NCBI GenBank assembly: GCA_950097015.1 | Contig: CATNEN010000038.1 | Span: 11,346,001-11,410,000 of the forward strand | Direction: 5' to 3' | Source: Macrostomum hystrix | Lineage: Eukaryota > Animalia > Platyhelminthes | Length of the DNA: 64,000 bases | In this document: in pieces, positions 36,401-46,857 of the stretch | How the letters are laid out: every line of letters begins with the position of its first letter | Numbering within the stretch: position 1 is the first letter of the stretch | The notes under the pieces: model-generated | The model's input: only the letters and a program-made list of their open reading frames with translations | Told to the model about the DNA's origin: nothing | The model's database searches: none | Program-made: the position numbers and the translations under genes

Positions 36401-39318
36401 AGAAGAGAAGGGGAGAACAGAAGGGGAGAAGAGGAGGGGAGAAGAAGAGGGGAGAAGAAGTGGGGAGAAGAGGAGGAGAGAAGAGGAGGGGAGAAGAGAA
36501 GGGGAGAAGAGGAGGAGAGAAGAGGAGGGGAGAAGAGAAGGGGAGAAGAGGAGGGGAGAAGAGGAGGGGAGTAGAAGAGGGAAGAAGAGAAGGGGAGAAG
36601 AGAAGGGGAGAAGAGGAGTGGCGAAGAGAAGGGGAGAAGAGAAGGGGAGAACAGAAGGGGAGAAGAGAAGGGGAGAAGAGTTGGGGAGAGAAGAAGGGAA
36701 GAAGAGAAGGGGAGAAGAGAAGGGGAGAAGAGAAGGGGAGAAGAGAAGGGGAGAAGAGAAGGGGAGAAGAGAAAGGGAGAAGAGAAGGGGAGAAGAGAAG
36801 GGGAGAAGAGAAGGGGAGAAGAGAAGGGGAGAAGAGAAGGGGAGAAGAGAAGGGGAGAAGAGAAGGGGAGAAGAGAAGGGGAGAAGAGAAGGGGAGAAGA
36901 GAAGGGGGAAGAGAATGAGAGGGGAAGAAAAGTAGATGAGAATACGAGAGGATATTCTAATGGTTGATTAAATTTATCCCTTTGTTTTAATAAAATCTGA
37001 AATATAAATAAGTCCATTAGGAATTTAAATTTTAAAACTCAAATGGCTGGTACAAATTTACTCTTAATGCAGTCTGAAATTGATTTCCCTAGCGAATCGC
37101 CAGCAGACCCGTCTTGCCCCGTCCAAGTTCAGTTGGAAATTCAATTTATTCACACAAGACTGCTGTGGCAAACTATAGAAAATTGATTCACAGAATGGAG
37201 CTGGAAACGCAGGTGAATCTATCCCAATCAGTGTTCCGTAATTCACAATTCTACCAACACATTCCAATTCCCGTACCAACACATTCCAATTCCCGTACCA
37301 ACACATTCCAATTCCCGTACCAACACATTCCAATTCCCGTACCAACACATTCCATTCCTGTACCAACACATTCCATTCCTGTACCAACACATTCCAATTC
37401 CTGTACCAACACATTATAATTCCTGTACCAACCCATGTTGATCACTGTATACCAACCCATGCTGATCCCTGTACCAACCCATGCTGATCCCTGTACCAAC
37501 CCATGCTGATCCCTGTACCAACCCATGCTGATCCCTGTACCAACCCATGCTGATTCCTGTACCAACCAATGCTGATCCTTGTACCAACACATCCTGATCC
37601 CTGTACCAACCAATGCTGATCCCTGTACCAACCCTACCTGATCCCTGTACCAACCCATGCTGATCCCTGTACCAACCCATGCTGATCCCTGTACCAACCC
37701 ATGCTGATCCCTGTACCAACCCATGCTGATTCCTGTACCAACCAATGCTGATCCCTGTACCAACCAATGCTGATCCCTGTACCAACACATCCTGATCCCT
37801 GTACCAACCCTGCCTGATCCCTGTACCAACCCTACCTGATCCCTGTACCAACCCTGCCTGATCCCTGTACCAACCCTACCTGATCCCTGTACCAACCCTG
37901 CCTGATCCCTGTACTAACCCTGTCCGAATGGAAGGTATTTAACATCTAATTGCCCATTATCAGGGTGAGTTTTTGGCTAAATCGAGAAGCGACCGCTGAT
38001 CGCGTGGCCCTCGGCATCACGACAGTCCTAACAATGGCCTTCCTATTCATGGACAGCAGGGCCGACCTGCCGCGAGTGAGCTACTCAACAGCCATCGACT
38101 GGTACGTGGCGGTCTGCTTCGTGTTCGTGCTCAGCACCCTGCTGCAATTCGCCGCTGTGCACTATTTCACCAAGACTGGCACCGGCGAGCTCTACCTGGT
38201 GCTGGAAGGCGACGGCCCGACCTCTCAACTGCGGACCGTGGAATCGCGCGACCTTCTGTGCTGCTCGCCGCTGGCCGACAGGAGGAACGGCTCGCAGATG
38301 CAGCTGCAGCAGCAGCAGCAGCCCAGGTTGGTGCTTGTGAGATCAGCAGGATTTGGATAGAATGCTTGAATAGCTTGCTTCGATACCTGGAACAGCTTGG
38401 TTCGATAGCTTAGATAGCTTGAGTCGATACCTTAAATAGCTTGAGTCGATACCTTAGATAGCTTGAGTCGATACCTTAGATAGCTTGAGTCGATACCTTA
38501 GATAGCTTGAGTCGATACCTTAGATAGCTTGAGTCGATACCTTAGATAGCTTGAGTCGATACCTCGGACATCTTGGTTCGATACTATAGACAGCTTGCTT
38601 CGATACCATGGACAGCTTGGTTAGATACCTGAGGCAGCTTAGTTCAATACCATAGATAGCTTAATAAATACCTCGGAAAGCATGGTTCGATACCTGGAAT
38701 GGCTTGCTTCGATACCTGGAACAGCTTGGTTAATACCTCGGACAGCCTGGTTCGATACCTTAGATAGCTTCGTTAATAGCTCGGAAAGCGTGGTTCGATT
38801 CCTGAGACACTTTGGTTCGGTGCCGTAGGCAGGTTGGTTAGACAACTTTTGGTTCGATACCTTCGCTTGGTTCGATTCTATACACCGCTTGAATCGATAC
38901 CAAGTAATATTTTTATCTGGATTCGTTCAGTTCCGTAGCTAGCATTTAAGTTAATTCCTTGCTTCGATACCATATTGAGTTTGGTTCGATACCAAAGTCT
39001 ATCGTGCACAGACTGTATTTTACTTTTGATTCCTCCTCATTCTGCTCCGCCAGGCCTTCATTTACTGTCGAAGCTCGAGATCAAGAGCAGCAGCAGCAGC
39101 AGCCCCGACGTCGCCGCCGCTGCCTCCGCGACCTGGCCGGCTGCCTGCAGGGCAGCGTGTCCTACAAAGCTGCCTTCTCCGCCAGCCGGGAAATCTCCGG
39201 CGGGCACAACTCCGTCAGCTCGATCGACCGGATGTCCAGGGGCCTGTTTCCTGCCGCCTTCGCCCTGGTCAACGGCTGGTACTGGTCCTTCTATTTGTAC
39301 TTTTACTGGACAGATTAG
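33480..39318 (+). CDS. Grd: Cys-loop ligand-gated ion channel, GABA-receptor family, GRD-like subunit
   Basis: Exons 33480-33998, 35952-36265, 37964-38326 and 39054-39318 splice in phase (0, 2, 2). Signal peptide; IWRPDTYFMNG; Cys loop CPMDFHRYPMDTQHC; M1 YFLIQLYLPCALLVVLSWVSFW; M2 ATADRVALGITTVLTM; M3 and M4 present. Confidence 0.9.
34085..34400. repeat. (GGGAGAAT)n purine-rich repeat
   Basis: Directly visible, in GRD intron 1. Confidence 0.9.
35028..35900. repeat. (GGGAGAAT)n purine-rich repeat with block duplications
   Basis: Directly visible, in GRD intron 1. Confidence 0.92.
36285..36932. repeat. Polypurine 12-bp repeat (GGGGAGAAGAGA)n
   Basis: Directly visible, in GRD intron 2. Confidence 0.92.
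37251..37921. repeat. ~21-bp minisatellite (TGTACCAACCCATGCTGATCCC-like) with a unit transition
   Basis: Directly visible. Confidence 0.94.
38370..38993. repeat. ~21-bp minisatellite with GCTTGGTTCGATACC / GCTTGAGTCGATACC core, in GRD intron 3
   Basis: Directly visible, degenerate; related to 41105-41468. Confidence 0.85.
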
Positions 39319-39510
39319 AATGCCTGCAGGATCGGTAATATCATGGCTTGTGAAGCGACTGATTTTGAAAACACAAATAAATATACGTGAAATGCTACTC
39401 ATCAAACAGTAGTAATACACATTATAATCATGCGTGACTATTTTATCTCCAGTTTTTTCTTATGTTTTTGCCGTTTTTAATGGTCAAGACTATATGCATA
39501 GTGGATACAA

Positions 39511-39819
39511 GTGGTTGAAGCCTAATGGTTAGAGCGTCAGACTCACAACTTGAAGGTCGGGGGTTCGATTCCTGACTTCACTGAAGCAATTTGTGTCCTT
39601 TGACAAGACACTTAACTCTGCATTGCTTCAGTTTATCCAGCCGTAAAATGGGTACCAGCATTAGCTGGGGTAATTGAGGGTGGGTGTGGCGTCCCCCCCA
39701 GTCCATGGACTGAACAGCCGTACCCAGCCTTCAGATGCGCCTTACAATAGCTGCGGCTGTGCTGTCGGCTGCACATCTGGCTCAATAGGGACAGGCACAA
39801 TCAACTATTATTATTATTA
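39511..39819 (+). mobile_element. tRNA-derived SINE with CORE-like domain, copy 2
   Basis: A-box, B-box GGTTCGATTCC (39562-39572), TGTGTCCTTTGACAAGACACTTAACTC...CAGTTT...GTAAAATGGG, and a (TAT)n tail. Confidence 0.9.
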
Positions 39820-40019
39820 CTATATGTATTGTATAGTGGATTAAAGCTATTAGATTAGACTATCAACCTAAACGACATGTTTAGAAAAACGTTTAATCAA
39901 TAAGTAAACAGAAATAGAAACTAAATTATCGGTCTGAAATCAAGTCCATTGTCTATGGTTCATAGCAACATGATTGATTGATTATTATTATCCAGGCAAT
40001 CAGCGGTAACAGGAACGAC

Positions 40020-40436
40020 TCTCGCACTACAGTACCTGAGCTCGCACTATAGTACCTGAGCTCGCACTACAGTACCTGAGCTCGCACTACAGTACCTGAG
40101 CTCGCACTACAGTACCTGAGCTCGCACTACAGTACCTGAGCTCGCACTACAGTACCTGAGCTCGCACTACAGTACCTGAGCTCGCACTACAGTACCTGAG
40201 CTCGCACTATAGTACCTGAGCTCGAGCTACAGTACCTGAGCTCGCACTACAGTACCTGAGCTCGCACTACAGTACCTGAGCTCGCACTACAGTACCTGAG
40301 CTCGCACTACAGTACCTGAGCTCGCACTACAGTACCTGAGCTCGCACTACAGTACCTGAGCTCGCACTACAGTACCTGAGCTCGCACTACAGTACCTGAG
40401 CTCGCACTACAGTACCTGAGCTCGCACTACAGTACC
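40020..40436. repeat. 20-bp minisatellite (CTCGCACTACAGTACCTGAG)n, about 21 near-identical units
   Basis: Directly visible. Confidence 0.97.
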
Positions 40437-40506
40437 GCGGCCAGGCCACACTCATTTTAATTGGCGCTGCCGCGGAGAGAAGGCTTGCGGGCTTATCGTG
40501 CAATTC
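40435..40506 (+). mobile_element. SINE-like family 2 fragment
   Basis: Homologous to 24549-24621. Confidence 0.55.
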
Positions 40507-41104
40507 AAACCGATACCAACTTGGTCCAATGTTGCCAAATAACACACCAGCCGCTTTCACTCCCTGCAAATGATTTCTTTTCGGAACTTTGTAACTATTT
40601 CAGATAGTAAAAAACGAGTTTTTCTATCCATATCGGCTATAGTGCAATTTTAAGTGAATGCTCAATAGATTTACTCGAAAAATTCCAATTGAATTTCATA
40701 GAAAATCCAGCAGTGACGCAGTGACGGGACGTCTGCCGTTTCCCTCATCTTCTACTAGTCTGAGAAGACAATAGACCTATGATAAAAGCAAAGCTATTCT
40801 ACTGCCTAGATTTTAAGGTGAGCAGTCATTCACCCCGCATTCAACCTGATCTCAACTGGCTTTGATGCCGCACTGAATGGATTGGCTGACGAGATTCAGT
40901 TGGTTCAGTCATTTAACTCTAAGCCAGATAAGTGGAGTATAATAGGCCTTATGAGAACTAGCGACTCAAAACGGTCTCTAAGAGCGTTGTTAGGCTATCA
41001 ACTCGGGCAGCTGGTAAGCGAACAGCAGGTTGATACACAGGTAAGGCGATAATTCTTAAGCAATTTTTGTCTATAGCCCAAACCAATGGGAGTTCGTAGC
41101 CCAG

Positions 41105-41468
41105 TCTTGGTTCGATACCATGGGACTGCTTAGTTCGATACCATGTGACAGCTTGGTTCGATACCATGGGACTGCTTAGTTCGATACCATGTGACAGCTT
41201 GGTTCGATACCATGGGACTGCTTAGTTCGATACCAAGGACCACTTGGTTCGATACCATGGACCGCTTGGTTCGATACCATAGGACTGCTCGGTTCAGTTC
41301 CATGGACAGCTTGGCTCGATACCATGGGACAGCTTGCTTTGATACCAAGGAACAGCTTATTAATTAGTTCGATACCAAGGACCACTTGTTTCGATACCAT
41401 GGACCGCTTGGTTCGATACCATGGACCGCTTGGTTCGATACCATGGGACAGCTTGCTTCGATACCATG
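41105..41468. repeat. ~21-bp minisatellite with GGTTCGATACC core
   Basis: Directly visible. Confidence 0.9.
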
Positions 41469-41570
41469 TAATCTAAGTATTTAGGGCTTAGGAATCTAAT
41501 TCAAGAGATAGGGCTTCGAATCTTTTCGAGAAAAAATTATAATTGGGTAAGAAATTTTAATTACCTAATT

Positions 41571-41692
41571 CTTCAGTTCCTCTACCTGTTAAATGGGAAT
41601 AAGAAATTCAGTCCATAGACTGAACAGCTGTACACAGCCTTTGGATCCACAACGCAATAGCTGCGGCTGTGCTGCATTGGCTGTACATCTGG
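41571..41692 (+). mobile_element. Decayed 3' fragment of the CORE-like SINE, copy 3
   Basis: CAGTCCATAGACTGAACAGC and GCAATAGCTGCGGCTGTGCTG...CATCTGG match the other copies. Confidence 0.75.
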
Positions 41693-41809
41693 TTCTCTAT
41701 CTGTGTTGAGGATTATTCATGCGTTCTTACAACTGGCTGGAACAGAAAATCGGACAGAGACTGACTCGCTTCGCATGCCCTTTCAGGTCGCAACAGAACC
41801 GCTGCGGAC

Positions 41810-44800
41810 ATGTTGCCCAGAAGGCCCACCCTACGGCGGAGTCCCTACAGCGTACAGAGCATCATCGATGAGAAAAGCATGGTGGACTATGACACGGACA
41901 GGATGTCCCTAGCTGAGTACATTGAGCTGAGAAGGCGTCGTAGAATGGTATGTAATCGCTTGCGCAAGTCAGCTATGATACACGTGGCATAAAGTTGTTA
42001 AATTAAATCTATCCTAAAGTGATTAAGTCATTATCCAACAAGGGAGAGAAAAGACAAATGTACATTGGTTCGGGGATTATCTGACAAGGGAGAGAAAGGA
42101 CAGATGTGCATTGGTTCCACGATTATCCGACAAGGGAGAGAAAGGACAGATGTGCATTGGTTCCACGATTATCCGACAAGGGAGAGAAAGGACAAATGTA
42201 CATTGGTTCCACGATTATCTGACAAGGGAGAGAAAGGACAGATGTACATTGGTTGCACGATTATCTGACAAGGGAGAGAAAGGACAGATGTACATTGGTT
42301 GCACGATTATCCGACAAGGGAGAGAAAGGACAGATGTACATTGGTTCCACGATTATCTGACAAGGGAGAGAAAGGACAGATGTACATTGGTTGCACGATT
42401 ATCCGACAAGGGAGAGAAAGGACAGATGTGCATTGGTTCCACGATTATCTGACAAGGGAGAGAAAGGACAGATGTACATTGGTTCCACGATTATCTGACA
42501 AGGGAGAGAAAGGACAGATGTACATTGGTTCCACGATTATCTGACAAGGGAGAGAAAGGACAGATGTACATTGGTTCGGGGATTATCTGACAAGGGAGAG
42601 AAAGGACAGATGTGCATTGGTTCCACGATTATCTGACAAGGGAGAGAAAGGACAGATGTACATTGGTTGCACGATTATCTGACAAGGGAGAGAAAGGACA
42701 GATATACATTGGTTGCACGATTATCCGACAAGGGAGAGAAAGGACAGATGTACATTGGTTGCACGATTATCCGACAAGGGAGAGAAAGGACAGATGTACA
42801 TTGGTTCCACGATTATCTGACAAGGGAGAGAAAGGACAGATGTACATTGGTTCCACGATTATCTGACAAGGGAGAGAAAGGACAGATGTACATTGGTTGC
42901 ACGATTATCTGACAAGGGAGAGAAAGGACAGATGTACATTGGTTCCACGATTATCTGACAAGGGAGAGAAAGGACAGAGGTACATTGGTTCCACGATTAT
43001 CCGACAAGGGAGAGAAAGGACAGATGTACATTGGTTCCACGATTATCTGACAAGGGAGAGAAAGGACAGATGTACATTGGTTCCACGATTATCTGACAAG
43101 GGAGAGAAAGGACAGATGTACATTGGTTCCACGATTATCTGACAAGGGAGAGAAAGGACAGAGGTACATTGGTTCCACGATTATCCGACAAGGGAGAGAA
43201 AGGACAGATGTACATTGGTTCCACGATTATCCGACAAGGGAGAGAAAGGACAGATGTACATTGGTTCGGGGATTATCTGACAAGGGAGAGAAAGGACAGA
43301 TGTGCATTGGTTCCACGATTATCTGACAAGGGAGAGAAAGGACAGATGTACATTGGTTGCACGATTATCTGACAAGGGAGAGAAAGGACAGATATACATT
43401 GGTTGCACGATTATCCGACAAGGGAGAGAAAGGACAGATGTACATTGGTTGCACGATTATCCGACAAGGGAGAGAAAGGACAGATGTACATTGGTTCCAC
43501 GATTATCTGACAAGGGAGAGAAAGGACAGATGTACATTGGTTCCACGATTATCTGACAAGGGAGAGAAAGGACAGATGTACATTGGTTGCACGATTATCT
43601 GACAAGGGAGAGAAAGGACAGATGTACATTGGTTCCACGATTATCTGACAAGGGAGAGAAAGGACAGAGGTACATTGGTTCCACGATTATCCGACAAGGG
43701 AGAGAAAGGACAGATGTACATTGGTTCCACGATTATCCGACAAGGGAGAGAAAGGACAGATGTACATTGGTTCCACGATTATCTGACAAGGGAGAGAAAG
43801 GACAGATGTACATTGGTTCCACGATTATCTGACAAGGGAGAGAAAGGACAGAGGTACATTGGTTCCACGATTATCCGACAAGGGAGAGAAAGGACAGATG
43901 TACATTGGTTCCACGATTATCCGACAAGGGAGAGAAAGGACAGATGTACATTGGTTCCACGATTATCTGACAAGGGAGAGAAAGGACAGAAGAAAAGGAA
44001 ACATACTGCCAGAAAGCGAGTAGAAATGTAGATTTCGCCAAAAAATGAAAGAGAAAAGATGAATGGGATAAACGCAGTCTCTCTTCTATTGAATTTTACC
44101 TGCTCATAGCGAGAGGAATTCAAGCCTAGAAGTGGATGCATATTTCATTATATACCTTTCAGATCTATCCACAAAACACGGAGAGGAGAGAAAATAATTC
44201 TAGAGCTTAAATGGCGGAGAACAAATTAAAAAACTGAGCAACCATGTCGGAGACTTTAACAATCCCACTCTGAATTGTCTCACGCAGAACGCCTGTCAGA
44301 ATGTGCATATTGTTCGCATGGAGACAGCAAGCAGTCTGCGCTCCAGGCCTTCTTTCACCCAGCTACCGCCGCCACCGCCGACTCCGCCACCAAGGAGACC
44401 CAACCAGGTGCGGCGATACAACGACACCGACGATGATGAAGACGACGATGAAGACGAAGAAGACAACAAAAAGAGAGAAAAATCCTCGACACCAGGCAGC
44501 GAAGAAGATGACGACGAGGAGGAGGAGGAGGAGGACAAAGCCGCGGAAGAGGAGCGAATGCAGCAAGCGGAGAAGGCCAGGCAGGCAAAGGCAGAGGCTG
44601 AGAATCAGCCGAGCCGTCGAGACAGACAGTCGCGCCTGCCCGTGGCAGTGTGGCGCCTGGCAGCCGAGAGCAAAGAGACGCTGCTGACACCGCCGGATAT
44701 TCAACGATTGTTGGAGCTGCTTGAGGCTTCAGTGGAGCTGGACCTGACAATGCTGCGCAGCGGCCAGGACCGTCCAGTGCCGCTTGGTGAGGCCGGGCTC

Positions 44801-44959
44801 CAGGCTGACGCCAGAGTTGCCGCCGTGCGCCTCATCCAGCAAGACGACTTCCAGCGAGTGCTGGACAGCTTTCTAGCCGACTGCGGCGGCGGCTGCGGTG
44901 ACAAAGGAAGCCCTAATGGCTTCTACGAGATGTGCGCCAGACTGTCAAGCAAACTGTGA
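41810..44959 (+). CDS. Uncharacterised protein with Pro-rich and long acidic tracts and a helical C-terminus
   Basis: Exon 41810-41947 (ATG|GTATGT) splices in phase 0 to 44288-44959 (CGCAG|AAC); GC-rich coding-like composition; possible non-coding upstream exon ending at the ~40817 donor, with an acceptor at 41786. Confidence 0.7.
42030..43990. repeat. 46-bp minisatellite (~42 units) filling the intron of the unknown gene
   Basis: GACAAGGGAGAGAAAGGACAGATGTACATTGGTTCCACGATTATCT repeated. Confidence 0.97.
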
Positions 44960-44970
44960 AGACAGATAGT

Positions 44971-45571
44971 CTGTTAGCTAACCACAGCTAACCACTCTCA
45001 GCTGTTAGCTGACCACTCTCAGCTGTTAGCTGACCACTCTCAGCTGTTAGCTAACCACTCTCAGCTGTTAGCTAACCACAGCTAACCACTCTCAGCTGTT
45101 AGCTGACCACTCTCAGCTGTTAGCTGACCACTCTCAGCTGTTAGCTAACCACTCTCAGCTGTTAGCTAACCACTCTCAGCTGTTAGCTAACCACTCTCAG
45201 CTGTTAGCTAACCACTCTCAGCTGTTAGCTAACCACTCTCAGCTGTTAGCTAACCACTCTCAGCTGTTAGCTAACCATTCTCAGCTGTTAGCTAACCACT
45301 CTCAGCTGTTAGCTAACCATTCTCAGCTGTTAGCTAACCATTCTCAGCTGTTAGCTAACCACTCTCAGCTGTTAGCTGACCACTCTCAGCTGTTAGCTAA
45401 CCACTCTCAGCTGTTAGCTAACCACTCTCAGCTGTTAGCTAACCATTCTCAGCTGTTAGCTAACCACTCTCAGCTGTTAGCTAACCACTCTCAGCTGTTA
45501 GCTAACCAATCTCAGCTGTTAGCTAACCACTCTCAGCTGTTAGCTAACCACTCTCAGCTGTTAGCTAACCA
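44971..45571. repeat. 21-bp minisatellite (TCAGCTGTTAGCTAACCACTC)n directly after the stop codon
   Basis: Directly visible. Confidence 0.96.
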
Positions 45572-46107
45572 ATGTCCGATTTCAGAACACATCGCCAATA
45601 TAAATCACTGAAGTCGTTTTAATCAACTGATGTTTTTCTTAATCGAACAAGTCAGGCAATAAATATTAAAATTCTTGAACCAAACGCTTTTTGATAAAAC
45701 AGGTGCGAAATCAAAGCTCAGAAAGAATAGTTACCGGAGCTAATAATAAATGTGTCAAGATAAAAAAATTGAATATGAGACGATTAAATAAACTCACAAA
45801 GCATAGTAGACTATAACATAATTATATTATAATTATAAGCATTGTTGTAATACTTTAGTGTATCAATTCAAGTCTGCAGAGTACGAGTACTATTGCAATT
45901 ATATACTGCAACGACAAAAATACTTTTAAATCTAATAAAACCGGATGCTGCGTAAAGCTACACCGATGAACAACAATAGTGCTCGAAATATTATGTCATA
46001 TTCGATTATGCCAGCTAAATTATGCCATTTGACTACAAAAACTTTAGACATACCGTGAAATAGCTAGCAAATATTATAACAGAATATTCATTGTCAAGCT
46101 TTGAAAG

Positions 46108-46503
46108 CGCCTAGCAACAAGTCTCAGCCTAGTAACCACTTAGTTACAGCATAGCAACCACTCCTTTTCAGCCTAGCAACCACTTAGTTACAGCATAGCA
46201 ACCACTCATTTTCATCATAGCAATCACTAAGTTACAGCATAGCAACCATTCTTTTTCAGCCTAGCAACAACTTAGTTACAGCATAGCAACCACGCATTTT
46301 CATTATAGCAACCACTAAGTTACAGCATAGCAACCACTCCTTTCAGCCTAGCAACCGCTTAGTTACAGCATAGCAACCAATCTTTTTCAGCCTAGCAACA
46401 ACTTAGTTACAGCATAGCAACCACTCATTTTCATCATAGCAACCGCTTGGTTACAGCATAGCAACCACTGTTTTAGCGTCCACTCAGTTAGAGCATAGTA
46501 ACT
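46108..46503. repeat. Dimeric ~21+22-bp repeat with CATAGCAACC / CCTAGCAACC core
   Basis: Directly visible, degenerate. Confidence 0.85.
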
Positions 46504-46857
46504 ATCTCATACAACAAAATAAAGTGCTTTTACGAGAAATTCACAAAAAACGTTGCACAGTTTCATAAGCAAGTAGACAATAACTGGCATGGCACGGCAG
46601 GCCATACAACAATTATAGGAGAAATCAAATAGGCATAGATTTTGAGATAACTAGTCGGAATGAACTAATTTGCTGATAAAAATAAATGTAAGAATGATAT
46701 AGATATGCAAAAATGGAATAAAATTTATCTCTTTCCCCAATTTGACTCACTAAAGTGCGAATATTCGGTTTTGTTAATTAGCAATAGAGTTTGCAAGTTT
46801 ATTTTCGAAACATATCGGCATAAAAATGTCCATCCTTTTTTTAATCGCTTGATGCAC

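Noticed and set aside
37961-37970. Recursive splice site at CAG|GGTGAGT
   Set aside because: The donor-like motif is offset by 1 nt and is explained by the conserved W-V-S codons
39511-39580. Possible tRNA gene (also 8410-8469)
   Set aside because: The acceptor stem is not intact and the sequence continues into a shared SINE body and tail
42030-43990. CRISPR-like appearance of the regular arrays (also 22432-22622 and 54043-55070)
   Set aside because: Units are contiguous with no unique spacers, there are no cas genes, and the context is eukaryotic introns
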